Positions 1-14,507 are shown, counted from the first letter of the stretch. The stretch is 64,000 nt of DNA from Dicyema japonicum (GCA_011109175.1 RDEW01000020.1:676514-740513); one strand, 5' to 3'. Notes: generated by a model not told the origin, from the letters alone. Numbers and translations are program-made.

Positions 1-224
1 AACTTTGGGGGGTTCATTTTGTGCAAATCCATTTTTGATACTTTCTTACTTTCACCACTCTTCAATTTTACTGACACTTCTTCTCCATCTATATTTACTA
101 TGCTTGCTTCGACAAATCCTTTATCAACATCAGGAATCCATATCATCTTCTTACTAGCCCAGTCTTTGTCATCCTCAGTTATATTTCTTTCCAAGTATTT
201 CAATCCTTCTGACTCGATACTCAT
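1..224 (-). CDS. Myosin II heavy chain paralog, N-terminal exon only (gene runs off the left edge)
   Basis: Reverse strand from ATG at 224 reads [75 protein letters not shown]. This is the myosin II N-terminal SH3-like segment and is colinear with the N-terminus of the gene at 3848-9947. The ORF track misses it because no stop falls inside the window. Confidence 0.88.
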   Translation of the reverse strand, partial: MSIESEGLKYLERNITEDDKDWASKKMIWIPDVDKGFVEASIVNIDGEEVSVKLKSGESKKVSKMDLHKMNPPK

Positions 225-1599
225 TATTATTATTACTTATTATTTTATTATTTTATTATTATTATTTTTATTATTTTATTATTTTATTTAACATTATTTT
301 ATTTAATCACATTTTTTTCAACTTGGTCGATATATCAAATAATTTTAGTTATTCAAAGATCCTTGTCGATTGAAATAAGCAAATACCATCAATCATAGTC
401 TTTAAACAAAATATATTTAATTATCACTAAATATTTCTGATTTGACATAATTATGCTGCATAACTAAGTTTTAATAATTCTCATTAAACCTCAACAAGAC
501 TCTTCTCACACTCAGAATTTAATAATTTGAGGTCTTAAGACTTTCATGGAACTCGTGTTTATACTTAATGGACATGAATTACAGTATCTCTCTGAAATAA
601 CACAATTTCTCATTAAAATTGGGTCATCCAAATAGAATATTAATTTTATCTTTAAAGGAAGTATATATTTAAATCTAAATAGCATCCAGATGGTTGGAGA
701 CAGAGACAGTGCCAATATTTGGTCTAATTGTTTGATAATATTGACATTGAGGAATCTTTCTAGTTAGAAGGCTATTTGTCATAAGGGTTCTGGATTGTCA
801 CAAATTTAATAAGAGACTCCTCTTGGCAGAAATTGTACCGGTCAGGTGAGAACTTTATAAATGCTTCATTTGCTTGTTATCAAAAGGCTGCAAGCTTCTT
901 CAGCTGACTGTTCTTTATGAATTTGCATATAAGAAGTAGCCAAGTATGGCCGAGTAACATTGGAGGACTTAAAGATACTCATTCACAAAGATTAGAGGAA
1001 TTAGCTCAGTGACAAATAGTCAAACAAATTTGAATGACAGTTTGAGTGCAGGGGAACCTCTTTTGCTAAAGATCTGGTGTTTCGTAGAATATGACAATTC
1101 CATTTTATCAAAATTAAGAGAATTATTAAAGAATAGATAGCTGACATAATATAATGAGTAATACCACAGATTACAAAAGACAGTCAGCAGGGACGATGGC
1201 CATTTCGTGACTATGTAGGAATCATCATAGCTCCAGATGGTCTTGGTACGTCTCCTTCTTTTAACTGAGACTCATGATTACAAACTTCAGACTGCACATT
1301 TCACATAGGAGTCTAAGCTTACCAAATCTGTCTCCACTCAAAAATACTCTGTACTCCGAAAGGATCGGGTGATGGGACCTGGCAGAACTCCAACAATTAT
1401 CAGAATCTGAATTGTGTTCAATGATATCTTCCATGTTGTGTCCTCTATGAAGGGATAAGCTGTAACAGATTTCTATTGAACTTTCTTGACATCGAAGCGT
1501 TTTATATTCTCGAACGTCTGATTCCTCTTCAGGGGTGCCCGACCACACATATTTTTAACCTATCGAGACTATAAAGAGACAGTAAGCATTGTCGTGGAC

Positions 1600-1900
1600 T
1601 ATAGCGATCCAATGGGCTGAGAGAATCATCTTAGTTCACGGGTGTCTCTGGGTCGTTTGCGGTGATTTGAATAGCAAACATTCCCATTTCTGTAGTCTCA
1701 ACCAACTAATAGTTGAGGATATTGTCGTCCTTAGATCAGGTGGTTAATTTTTACAATCCAAATGTTCATACCATGGATACCCCCACTTCTCCGGATATGT
1801 TTTTATGTACTTCACTTGCAGAGTATCTTTAATAGGCCAACCAAAATACCTTTTTTGTGTCGTGGTGTTCTACAAAGTTTGAAAATTATGTTAAAGCTGA
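1600..1900 (+). mobile_element. Decayed APE endonuclease remnant of a LINE
   Basis: VCGDLNSKH motif (GDxN) near 1655-1685 amid stops and frameshifts. Confidence 0.35.
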
Positions 1901-2039
1901 CTGGTTCGGCCTCTCCACGTATGTAGGAGACATTCTACTGAAAGTATTTCAACCTAAAAACAGCAAAAATACTGTCGTCAGTGATTTTGTAAAACAGGTG
2001 GATCTTTATTCTTCTATCATCCAACACAAACTTTGACCG

Positions 2040-3290
2040 AGTTTTAGTGCTCATTTAAAACAAAATGGCTTGAAGAAGACTCTAATCCAGATTGAAGACT
2101 CTCTATCGACTCTACACTTTCTCAATTAAAAAACAGCACTATTCCTATTGAAATTGAAAAGAAGTCTTAACATCCAGAGAATCTCCTATCTACTAAGGAC
2201 AGCTCCATATTATTCTCAACTGGAGCTGCTCGAGAATTTTGATTTGTCTCTCCTCAGCTCGGCGGAGCAAATATTTAATGTCCGATTCGACGATGATACA
2301 TGGATGCAGGCTACACTCCCAGTTAGATTCAGGGGTCTTGGAATCCGTCGAACTTTGAACGTCTCACTTCCCGCTCATTTATCATCACTCACGGCCTGCG
2401 AACCTTTGGTCAGGAGGATTCTACACTCCCCACCCGAATTCTCAACTGACCAAGAGATAATCCACGCACGAGAAGCCTGGAATGCCACCAACCTCCCCTG
2501 CTCCTTCCCAAGATCGCCAGCGAAACCTGGACAACTTATTATGCTGGAAATCATTTGGACTCCTACTGGAATCTGCCAATCAGCATCGACGCGCTTGTTT
2601 GCTTTCGAGGGCTTCCCCTGAGAGCGGAGCTTGGCTAAGCGCCATCCCCAATGGAGCTTTGGGCACTTTTCTGGATGATGAATGCGTTAGAACTGGTATC
2701 TCTCTGCAGCTGGGAATAAAAGTATGTGTACCTCACCCGTGCCGATGAGGCATTCTGATAGACTGCTATGGCCTGCACCCTCTCGCCTGCAGGAGGAGCG
2801 CTGGCAGATCCCCAAGGCACAAGGCTCTGAATGAAATTGTCAGGTGAGCTATGGATGCTGCTGGATACTCGGCCATTCTTGAACCGGTCGGGTTATGCAG
2901 AAGTGACGGGAAACGACCGGACGGATGACCATATTTCCATTTGAGGCCGGGAAACCACTGGTTTGGGATGTGACATGTACAGACACGTTCGCCCAGAAAA
3001 ATCTTCACGAGAGTGCTACAAGGGCCTGTTCAGCATCCGTAAAGGCGGAGAAGGCCAAACTCGTTAAATACGTCGACCTTCCTGATGATGTCAAATTTGT
3101 TCCCCTTGCTATGGAGACTTCCGGATCCTACTCCCCCTCTACACTCGAGTTTTTCGGACGTCTTGGAAACCGGATCACCTCATGCACTGAACATCTCCGT
3201 GAACGCCGCTGGCTATTTGAGCGAATTTCGCTCGCAATTTTGAGAGGGAACAGCCACGCAGTGAGGGGGCAACTACCTGACTTCTATTGT
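2040..3290 (+). mobile_element. CRE-like (RLE) non-LTR retrotransposon, 5'-truncated and frameshifted
   Basis: Overlapping ORFs give QATLPVRFRGLGIR, SGAWLSAIPNGALGTFLDD, CVPHPCR..C..H, GKRPDG, GKPLVWDVTCTDTFA, KLVKY, FVPLAMETSG, WLFERISLAILRGN. These are the thumb, zinc-knuckle and PD-(D/E)xK restriction-like endonuclease motifs. An A-rich tail follows. Confidence 0.8.
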
Positions 3291-3847
3291 TTAAAAATTA
3301 ATTTTTATGGTAGTTAAAAAAATTAAAAAATCTAGTTAATTACGAGCACAAATGAAACTTGCAGTCAGTAGCCTACTTAATCTGCATAATGTGTACAAGT
3401 CCATTACTTAATTGCTTGCATGACGTTGTTTCTGCTATACACCTTAAACAGTAGGCCATTGGCCCAAGGTCGTGTTAACGAATTCAATTATTCTCTCAAA
3501 TTCATAAAAATCCAAATATTTAAAAAACACACTGATTATGGAAAGTCCTAATGATGATCTCTTGTGTTCCATCATGGCTTTAGATCAGAGTGAGAGTGAC
3601 ATAAATTATTTCTTAGCAATGTCCGCATCACATTTATAAGATGTTTGGTAATTCTCGTCATCACTTATGAGCACCAATGAGATTAACTCATCAGAGTAAA
3701 AAAGTGATGAGAGGGGGATTTAATAGTAAATTGTGGGTATTACAGCTGCATCAGCTGGTTTTAACATTGATTCTATAACTATGGAGTACATGGAGATGAT
3801 AACTTGTAATAACCAAACTCAATAATTAAAACTAACGTAAATATAAT

Positions 3848-6800
3848 TTAATCCTCCTCATCACTCTTTGCTGATCTTGATTTTACATTGGAGGAAGAAC
3901 GACTTCCATATTTAGTATAATCATATCTGCTCTTATTTTGTGTTATATCACGTTGTAGCATATCCACGGTCTCACTCAACTCATCCCTTTCGTTCTGAAT
4001 CTTCCTCATTTTATTCTTCAACATGTTAACTTCATCATCAGCCTCCTCTACGTTACGCTTTAGTGTTCTATTACGAGAACTCATCATTTCCAACTGACAA
4101 TATTGACACACTCATTACCTGAGATTTAAAAGATTCGCCACATCTTCGTTCGTCATCAACATTCTGCTGAGATTCTCTCAGTTTCCTCTCCAATGACCTT
4201 ACTGTTCGTAGGGCACCCTCCTTGTCTCTACAAATGAATCCCCACTCTACCGTGTTTCTGAATCCAGTAAAGCTTCAAGTTTGGAATTCTTTTGTTCAAG
4301 GAGAACAACAGAAGAACCCGAGACTTTTGATCGTTCAAATTCCTCTTCCAAAACAGCAATACGAGAACGAAGATCTCTATTTTGTCTCTCAGAGAAAGAA
4401 AGCTGATCAGCAAGTTTAGAACAAGTGGTTCGTTCAGTATTCAAATCAACTAAAGATTGATCAATTTGTAGTTTGAGTTTTCTAAGATCGTCCTCGTATT
4501 CTTCCCTTCCATTAAGTTCATCATCCAACTCAGCCCTAAGACTAGTAATAGTCCTTTTAGAATTAGCCAACTCTTGTTGAGCATGTGAACTAGAATAAAT
4601 AAAAAAACTACAATTTGGATGAAATATCATTATAATAATCTCTGCACTCATCCCTCTCTTCAATTAATGACTTTTTTTGTGACTGAAAAGTGTTAATATT
4701 ATGATTAAATTCATCAACTAATGTTTGTAATTGCTTATTCTTTCTCTGTTCTTCCATATATTTATTATCAATATCCTCCTTTATTATTTTGTGATCATTA
4801 AGTTCCCGTAGAGCATCCTTAAGTCCATTCTATAATAATATAATATATGTTACATTAAGTTTTTTATTATGTTTTATCAACTCAATGTTTTTAGACTCCA
4901 AATCACTAATTATGCCACTCATCTCCCTGTTGTCACTCTCCATCTTCTTTTTACCAGAGACCATCAATCCTCTCTGTCTTTGTTCCCCATCTAACAGTTC
5001 CTCCAAGTCTTTATTCTTTTTAGTGATTGATCTTAATTTATCCTCAAATTCATCAATTCTTTCTCTGTGAATTCTCTCCCATTCTGTTTTGTCAGATTGG
5101 AAGGCAACATCCTTCCTAGTCATGTCATTCTTTAGCATGTAAATTTCATCCTCCAATTCTGCGATTAAAGTATTTTGTTCTTCATTCCTTCTCTTTTGTT
5201 GTTTAATTTCATCTCTGAGCATGTGTTTCTAAGTAATGACTAAAAAGTACATCAGCAGTCTCGCCCGTAGCTGCAGATTGAATAATGTTGAATTCTTTGT
5301 TTAGATTGTTAATCTTTTTATTAAATTCTTGTATTTGTTCATCCTTATCATCTAATTCTCTACATGCACACAAATATTTAGTCTCCATATTTCTAAACTC
5401 CTGTTCAATACTATCTTTATCCTTTATAATACTAATAGTAAATTATAAAATAACCAATTCTTTGCATTCCTCTCATCCTGTAGTAAATTATCAAATTTTT
5501 TATGTTTAGTCTCTAAAGAGGCAACATTAGCAGCATAATTATCAAGTTGTATATTACTATCATCCAATTCATTATCAAGACGACTTATTGTTTTTGTTAA
5601 TTTAGTTTTATCACAAATTAAATCATCATTTTCACATTTGTATGTTTCAATCTCCTTATTTAATCGTCTTATTGTATCATCACATACAATCTTCTCAGCA
5701 CTCAATACATCATAACGCTTAGTAATATCATTTAATTTATTCTGTATTTGTTGTAATTGTCTGTATTGGGCCTCCATGTTACCTTCTTCCTCCAATATTT
5801 TATCATTTAATTTATCAACTTGACTTGTCTTTACGTTCAGTTGATTTGTAATCTTTTTTCTCTCACATGTTTCATATTCCAAGTTTGATTCTGTTTCACT
5901 CAATTTTTGTCTCAATTCTTTTACTTGTCGTTCATAATCAACAACACTCTTTTCAAGTTCTTCCACGTGTTCGCTAGTCCTCTCTAATTCATTCTATTAA
6001 TAATTATATTAATAAACATTAGGTCTATTGAGATTAGCAATACTATCCCCTCTCTCTTTGTCAATATCATTCATTTTAATACTCATATCCATTATTTGAT
6101 GTTCCAACTGCTTTCTCTTATTATCACTCTCTGTCTTTTTATTCACTGTAACACATAAATTCTCTTTCATAACTTCCATCTCATCCTCCATACTCTTTAA
6201 ACATTTCTTTAAATTTAATTCATTCTAATATTAAATAAACAAATATACCTTTCGTAGTCCATCAATCGTTGACATGCTATTATTTATTTCATTAATATAT
6301 TTTTCCTTATTTTGTTTTATAGTCTCATCAAATTTGTGTCTCTGTCCTTCAATCTCCTTCATTAACACACTAATCTTCTCCTCTTTCTCCCTTCTCAGAT
6401 TCTTTTCAGCCTCACCAATATCAGTAGTCTCCTCGTATTGCATTCTCAGATTATCCAATTCATGTTGTAATTGACGTTTATCCTTTTCAAGAGTAATCTT
6501 TGCAGTTTGTATAATATCCAAATCATCATTCAGTTGACTAATAGTATTATAAGCATCTCTATTATCCTTCATACTTTTAGCCAAAATAAGACTATCCTCA
6601 TCAGCCCTAAACTCATTATAATATCAAACTTTGCTGTTAATGATGACAAATTATCAGTCTTTAAAGTCAATTGAGTTTGTAATTGCTCAATTTGGGATTT
6701 CATTTCATTATTTAATTCTCTCATATCAGACAATTCACTACAAACTCTTCTTTCATTCTTTTGTATATCACTCTTTATGTGCGTCTCCCGTTCTAATTGG

Positions 6801-9800
6801 GAATTAACTTGTTCAAGCTGGGCCTCCAATTTCTTAACATGTTTCACAATATTATTAGCCCTATCCTCCTCAGATTGCCAAGATTGTTGTACATTATTCA
6901 ATTTATCCTCAATAGTTTTCTTTTCTTTCTCCAACTTGACATTACAACAACTTGTACCTTTCCAATCTTATAATCTTTCTCAACAATCTGTTCTGACAAA
7001 TTACCAATTTTATTATCAGCAGAGGATTTATCACTCTGTAAGACATCTTCATAATGAGATAATCTATGTAAATATAATAATTACTGTTGTTCCAATTGTG
7101 CAATATTATCAGTCAATACTCGTTTTTCTTCCAAATATTTGGTTACATTGCTTTCCTCTTCAAAGAGTCTACTCTCCATGTCCTGTAATAAATCCTCCAT
7201 CTCCTTCTTCTTTCCAGTTAATATGAAAATATTCTGATTAGTAATATAATAATACTTCATGTAGATTATCAGATCTATCAACCTCCTCTTGAAGACGACG
7301 AGATAGAACATCCCTTTCCTGTTCTAATTCGGAGATAGATTTGATATTATCAGCTAATATGATTGATTGTTTATCCAAAGTAGTTTTAGCTTTAACCAAT
7401 TCGTCATTAATAGTCCTCATCTGATCAGTATCCACCATTGGTAGTAACTATATTAAAAAAGGGTAAACAACCTTACTATAAGTCTAAACCAAGTCCATTG
7501 TCGTAATTTGAGATAATTTTTACAATTTCGTTGAATAACAATAAGACTAGACTTGTATTGCATACGTTTGGAGTAATATTTTTTGGATAAATATTCTCTG
7601 GCCTTTGATTGAAGTGATATTATAAGTTCAGCAATTTTAAGGTCTCTCTCTTCCTCAAAGTGAGCCAGTACTCCTGTACGGAAAAACACTTTAGTCTTTC
7701 CTAATCTGTAGAGAACAGTATCAATCTCTAATTCTTGTAGCATAATTTCAACTCCCTTTCTATTATCCATGAATTCATTTAACACATTAGTTTGTACTAA
7801 TATTGAATATCTTTGTCTAAAATCCTCATATGTGACTCTATTAGGGAATCCCTGTCTACATATTCTTATCCCTTCAAGTACTCCATTACACCTAAGTTGA
7901 TCCAAAACCAAATGACAATCCACTTTGCCTGCTTTCTTCTCCAAATTAGGAATTATGCATCTTATAAAGTAGGCTGTTGTACTACTAAGATTGTCCATTA
8001 ATCCACATAATTGTATTTTGTATAATTGTGAGACTGTCCTGAACATTCCTTTCTTTTCTACATACCAAGTGGGATCTTTCCAAATATCCCTTACAAATGG
8101 GATGGTGGAGTTTTGTAGAAGGGACACAAGTGAATCGGACAGTGGATCCATATTAGTATATAACCAATTATTAGCAGAATATTCTACCTACTAATAATAA
8201 TTAATATAACTCTTCCAGCATAATGGGATATTGTAAAGTCAGAATCAGTCCTACGTTGTTTAGAAAAGTTAGGATGAGAGCCCAATTGAGTAACTAATTT
8301 CTCCACTAATGTTTTATTGTTTGCCTTAGGAAATAGACACTCTTCATCCAATAGTCCTAATACTCCAATAGGTTTTTCAATTAAATCGATGGTTGGTTGT
8401 AAATCTAATCCAAAGTCAATGAAATCCCAATTAATTCCTTCCTGTTTGTACTCAAACTGTTCTATTATGAACATTCTGTGATTAAACAACTGTTGTAATT
8501 TCTCATTGGTGTAGTTTATGCATAATTGTTCAAATGAATTAATCTTAAATATTTCAAATCCAGCAATATCCAATATTCCTATAAATTGATTACTGTGGTG
8601 TTTTCTGCTTAATAGTTTGTTTAAGTGCATTACAATCCAATTAAATAATTTCTCATATGTTGCCTTTGCTATTGCCTCCACTGATAATTCAGCCTGCTCC
8701 TTTGTTTGAGATTTTTGTACTGAATCCCTACCCACTTTTATTCGAGGACGAATTAACCCTTGCACAAGGTCACCCACATTCAAGCCCAATAAATTACATA
8801 CTCTTTGTGCACATGACTTGTCTGGGAGAGTGGCCTGTTCACTATTCCTCTCTACTGAAAATAATATATTCCCAAATACTAATACTGCCTCCACAGTCTC
8901 CAATATACCTTAATATATAATTTAATATTACTTTTTACAATATTATCACTAAATCCTACTACTTTAAATGATTCCATTGTCCTTTTATACTCTTCACTGT
9001 CCTCCACTCCAACAATCTCACTGTCTCCATTCAAATATTTGTATTCTCCACCAATCTGGGACAACAGTTGGTACATTATGTGGAATGATCTCTCACCCAC
9101 ATTTTGTCTTACTGTTCTGCACTTCTCCAACAAATATGTCATAACTGAGCCTCCCCTTATTATTCCACCATCAAAGTTTATTTTAATATATTTCCCCTAA
9201 TTATTATTATTTATATTACAAATCTGGATGAATTATCATTCTTTACTGTCTTTGCATTACCAAAGGCTTCCAATATTGGGTTTGCCTCCAATAGTTGACC
9301 CTCTATCTCAGATTCTCCTTTCCCAACTTGACCCAAATATTCTATCACTTTCTTTGTGTTCTCTGTCTTACCTGCACCTGATTCCCCTCTATTAATTACT
9401 ACATCACAATAACGTGCACAATATTGACTGATCTTCACGATCTTCCAACATACTACGATATGCATGCTCGGCTATCATATACACGTGTGGAGGTGCATCG
9501 TGCTTTTTCTTACCTCCATAATACTTCATTACATCCAATGAATATATTGGTAATTTCTTGTATGGATTTATAACAACACAAAACAGACCAGAGTATGTCT
9601 AAACTATCACTAAATCATACGTATATTAATCCTGATGAATAACGCTCTCGAAGGTTCCAATACACACATGCTTCGTTCAAACATGCCAGTTCTGACATAT
9701 CCTCACATTTCTCAAATTTGGGTGGGTTCATCTTGTGTACTTCGTTCTTTGATAATCTTCTATGCTCACAACTCTTTATTATTTCCACTTCCACTCCATC

Positions 9801-9947
9801 ACCATCCTCTTTCAATATTCGTCCTGCTGTAAATCCTTCTTCTTTGCATGACACCCACACTAGTCTCTTTGCCGCCCATTCTTTCATTAACATTCCTTGG
9901 TTCTCATTTACTCTTCGTTCAAGGTAGTACAAGACGTTATCAGCCAT
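3848..9947 (-). CDS. MYH9/10/11-like: Myosin II heavy chain, non-muscle/smooth type, ~1892 aa, 19 exons
   Basis: GLIY|[16 protein letters not shown]|[22 protein letters not shown]|[30 protein letters not shown], an IQ region and a long coiled-coil tail ending SDEED*. It has 18 GT-AG introns of 21-29 nt (421 nt total); 6100-421=5679 nt, which is divisible by 3 with no internal stop. Intron 6 (7448-7476, 29 nt) is the least certain junction. Confidence 0.96.
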
Positions 9948-11649
9948 TGTAATATCTTATTATTATTTTAACTTTATTTTTTATTTTTAATTTTATTTTA
10001 ATTTTATTCATAATTTTTTATTTATCTTATTTTTATATTTTATTAAAACTTGCCAATTTTAACAAAATAATATTTCCTAATTAAGTGTAAATCATGTACT
10101 AATATAGGTAATTTTCCACAATATCGAAACTTTCATGTGGTTCACTCTCACGTAGCGAAAATTTGATACAAGTTTTATTCTAGCAACTAATAGAACCGCA
10201 ATTATTCGCCTATCAACCTGTTCTTCAACCACAATATCAAGAACAAGGATATAATTATAGCATTATAGGATTAATGATTTATATTTCACTCATGATGATT
10301 TATCACATATATTGATGAACTTTTTGCATTTTGATTTTTGTACATAAAAATATTAGAAAATAAAAATTATAAATTACATTTAATAAAACATCTCGGAAAT
10401 CGTAAAACAGAATACGTAACTAAATATTATGGGAGTTACATTATGCAATGTTCTGTTGAGTCTACCGATAACAAACTATTGTATTTTATAATTATGGGAC
10501 TGTCCTTTCATGAAAAGTACTTACCAGGCCTTAATGAATTGACTAAACAATTAATAGTGTGGCTTAAAGAGGATTATATTCACTGAGACTGTCAGAGAGG
10601 AGGTTTAACTATAGTAATGCTTCCAATTATTAACTTTGACTTGAGCACTTAAATGATATAAATTTAATTTGATTGCAATTAGGTAATCCTTTCAATCATA
10701 TAAATATGTGTGAGAATGTAATTGGGTTTAATAAATATAATCAAATCCACTAAATGTGATACTCTCAACAAACATGTGCTTACAACATACGAACATGTAC
10801 CAATGTTGAGTTTCTTTACTGTTGTGATGTGGATATCAATTTGGAATGGTCATTTATTACTTGGTCTAACCCTATGGTAAACATCTCCAATCCCTCTATA
10901 TGATGGAATATATTTTATCGATTTTAATAAGTGTTCAATAGGGTGACCCACTGACCTCCTCTCTTTTCTATTGATAGTCCCATTGATAACATTATGTATA
11001 TGATTGGGGAAAGCATAATTGAATCACTTGAAGCAGAGATCACTGGATCAGCCTAAATGTCAACACTCATCATGTGAGAGTAAAACCACAAGAATTTCAA
11101 TATTATGAATTATGAACCATCCAAAGTCGTTTATTTTAAACTTGGATTCGTATCAGTAGGTCTACCCCTTTGATTTGACACAATAAAACAACCCCTACTA
11201 TGAAATCAACAGACTGGCTGAGAATTTGGCCATTAAATAATTTAATGTTTATTTTCCGTGTTTAGTTCTCTATGTGAAATTACGGTTTACTGAGGATCCA
11301 GAAGAGGTATTTGTTAGAATATGTTAAAGGTTGATTGTTAATCTATTTTTCTTATCTAACTTTAATGCACTAATTGATATTCTAACGAATATCAAGTAAG
11401 CACAACATTGAGAAATTACATTTTATTTCAGTTGTCATTCTACAGGAAAATTTCTGTTTTCAATGCTTACCATTACTTAGGCGAGACTCACTTTATTTTT
11501 AAGGAAAAAACAGTTATGGTGTCTAATCGTTTACATGGAGATAATAATGTTCCTAATTTTTGTTGCATGAAGGTATTAACTAATGACAACATTACTCGTC
11601 AAACCAAACTACGTATAAATTATTAAGAGAATGCTGTTTACCGTTTGTT

Positions 11650-11930
11650 TTTTTATTTATTTCAAAACCAAGAATCACGACAAAATAAAAGAGTTTGGGG
11701 GCTGTCAGGTGATTTGGGCCTCCTTAAACAGCCGCCTTATCCTTTCTCAGTGTTCCTCCAAAGAGCCGACACACTTCCTATATGGATGAATCACTTTTCG
11801 AGAATTTTGAGGATTCAACGGGGCTCATGTCTCCTCATAAGTTCCTTAAACAGAGTTGGCTTTAGTGGCGAAAAGAACCTTTGTAAAGCCATCGTTACTA
11901 TTTCTTGGAAGGAGTTTATTTTCTTTAGGT
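11650..11930 (-). mobile_element. LINE 3'-end remnant
   Basis: Segment aaaccaagaatc...ggctgtcaggtgat...aaacagccgc recurs at ~51135-51220, next to a T-rich tail. Confidence 0.45.
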
Positions 11931-12299
11931 AGGTATAGGATAGGTTAGAAACAGTTTTGTAGTATACAAGTAGCGTTTTTACAAAATTTAGTTTTCGTTG
12001 GGAAGGAAATGACGTTGATTACGTATTTGCTCAAGGTCATAAGGGGGTCGTATGTGATCCCCAGTATTTTGATTGAATCTGTTTTTTCAGAATGTCCCTA
12101 AGCTCAAGGACCTTCTTTTTTATTCCGTTTATTTTTAGTTGTAAGAAGACAAGGCTTTTTGGTGGTCCGGGATTTGGATTTATATCTCCAGAGAGCATCA
12201 ACAGGACTTCGATCAAGTTTGGTGAGGCAAAGAAAAAAACATTTCTCCCGAGAGAAGGGGAAGATATACAATGTACTTATTGAATTTTGATTTTAAGAC

Positions 12300-12690
12300 A
12301 AAAAATTCAATTCAAAATTAATAAAAGAAATCTGAGAGCAGTATCTTGTCGCTCGTCCCTAGCCATACCAAGCAAACTATTTGGTAAGGAAATAAGTTAG
12401 CTCTGTTCGCTACAAATGCAGACTGTTTTCTCCACGAGCAAATGACCCACATGAAAGTCGCGACAGAAACAATCCATGATTGGATATCTAGTAAAGCCAT
12501 CAGAAGCCTTGTTATCAACAAGTTTCTGGGTCTTATTCCATTTATTGTTTACGGAAGCGGAAATTTCCTATCACGGGAAGTTCGCGTCCACTTTGTACGT
12601 TTACGTTGTGGCCATCACATGGATTTACATTCATATTTGTACATGATTGGACACTCATCCTCTTCACTATGTATTCATGCTTGACGACTT
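12300..12690 (+). mobile_element. Jockey/I-group LINE ORF2 C-terminal remnant
   Basis: NKFLG...LSREVRVHFVRLRCGHH motif. Same motif at ~23820-24000 (+, NKILERRPPEI...FCRLRCGHH) and ~51570-51820 (-, NKILQRPPPPI...LARLRCGH). Confidence 0.6.
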
Positions 12691-13469
12691 TTCTTGTGAG
12701 TACGCAGAAGCAGTCAAAATTTCCGTAGAGTACACGTCAACACACATAGCATCCCAAACCAGGCTTCGACCATTAGCGAAGGAGAAAGTTGTCATCTCAC
12801 TAGGACATTTGCCATCCTACTGGGAAAGACTAATGAGATCAAAAAGTTAATAGTACCCAGCAGAGGAAAGCAAATTTAAGCTGTTTTGAGTCAAGTCTGT
12901 CTTCTTTTGAAGTTCTAGGTCACATCTGTAAGACAATCTCAAACTTGGTCATGTCCCTCGATTATGGAAGAATTCCGTTTTGAGAATGATTCCCAAACAC
13001 GGAATGCAAGAGGGATCCCATAAATTACAAGTCGATCAGCCTTATTTATCTTAAAAATTATTAAGCGAACTATTTTATGTTAAATTTAGATCTACAGGAT
13101 ATCCACCATCCAATGATAACGACAAACCTCATTGAGAAACGAGTCACACATTATTTTCAAATTGACTGTTCATCCGAAAGTAAATCTCACACATGAACAG
13201 TTTTTGAGCTGATTTTTCATCTAAATTTAGATGAATTCCTCTCTTAAACGAACATATCTGAAGAATACAAGATATGGTGGCAATAATATTGTCCACAGTG
13301 AAGCATATTCAAGAAAATGCATGATCTATGTCTTTAGTTTGATGAATCTACTAATATAACACCAATTTACTAACCATACCTACGCATAGTAGAATGACCA
13401 TATAATTGAGGATTTTCTTTTTTGTGTTGAAATTTCAGACAGGATGCTTGTCTATACATATTTGATATT

Positions 13470-13550
13470 ATTATAGGCACGTACGGGATGCCAAGATCAT
13501 GACAAAGCATGTGCACACGAAAGTTAGCAATCTAATTAACACTGATATGG
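13470..13550 (-). mobile_element. RTE 3'-UTR fragment
   Basis: Near-identical reverse complement of ~41268-41340, which follows an RTE ORF end. Confidence 0.6.
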
Positions 13551-14507
13551 ATGGTTTAATTAAATAATATTGATTAAGTATGAGTACTGAGAAAAATATT
13601 GACAATACAAAATTAAAAAACAACCCTTTATTTTTAAGACAATTCCTTTTACGTAGGCCTAGATCGTGAGAGCATTCCCTCTGATCACTGACATTTCGAG
13701 CCTCTGTCTAATCCAAAGTCATTCGTGGGATTCTCTTCAAAGCGGTCTTTCTTGATCTTAGAGAGAAATTCGTCAGTCAGCTTTCCTATGACCCCGGAAG
13801 TATCTTATTATATGTACGAAATGATAGTTTTCGTGAACGGATTCGTATTTTTGGAATTTCCAGTACTCTGCCTTGTCTTCCACATCGCTAGGTGAATGAA
13901 AATAATGAAATCTTATCTGACCTTTTTTCATCGCCCCTGTCCAAGCCTAAGCATTCCAGCTAAGCTAAAAACCACGAGGCTTTGAGTTCCTGTAGAACAA
14001 AATTGGCAAGACAGAGGTTGTCCTCTTTAGCGAGTTGAAGGCATTTGGGTTTGGGGATTATTTCCGCTGAAGTAACTACTCGTTGCGCCCATTGCTGCAT
14101 CGCATCCCCTGACCACACCCACGCCAATTTAAATCGGGAAGAGTTTTTTGGCGATCCTAGGAGAGATTCACCAGTCCACGATTTTAGCAGCAAGCCTTCG
14201 GTAGTATGTTCCGCTCACATTTAGGCGAACTCCCTCATCTCTCTTTCTGAATGCCAGTAGATGTCCGCAAAAAAGATTATGAAAGCTTGATACAAGGAAT
14301 CAACACGATGTGTTTGGATATTTCAAAAGCTATTGATATTGTTTGGGACAATACACTTTTAGAGCAACTTGTGTCTACGAGAGTACTACGAATCTCCTAT
14401 TTGAAATGAGGTCTTTTGTGAAGATGGAATCCCTTAGGATGAGGGTCCTTGTGGCTATCCCCTAGTGGGTAAAAAGTAGTAATAATGAAGCCAAATAATA
14501 ATAATAA

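Noticed and set aside
512-715. Minus-strand ORF with FYLDD as a reverse transcriptase
   Set aside because: Only a four-residue motif without other RT motifs in register; at best a very old remnant.
19-9927. Plus-strand ORFs listed at 19-291 and throughout 4222-9927
   Set aside because: They are antisense shadows of myosin coding sequence, rich in S/L/F/I from complementary codons.
9948-10060. A/T tracts upstream of ATGs as outrons for spliced-leader trans-splicing
   Set aside because: An AG lies near the ATG in the two myosins but not within ~60 nt in Rab27, and no SL RNA was recognised. The tracts are equally explained as AT-rich promoters/UTRs.
10100-11300. Mitochondrial insertion (NUMT) or minicircle-derived sequence in AT-rich hydrophobic stretches
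   Set aside because: No recognisable cox/cob/nad/rRNA motifs in any frame I examined.
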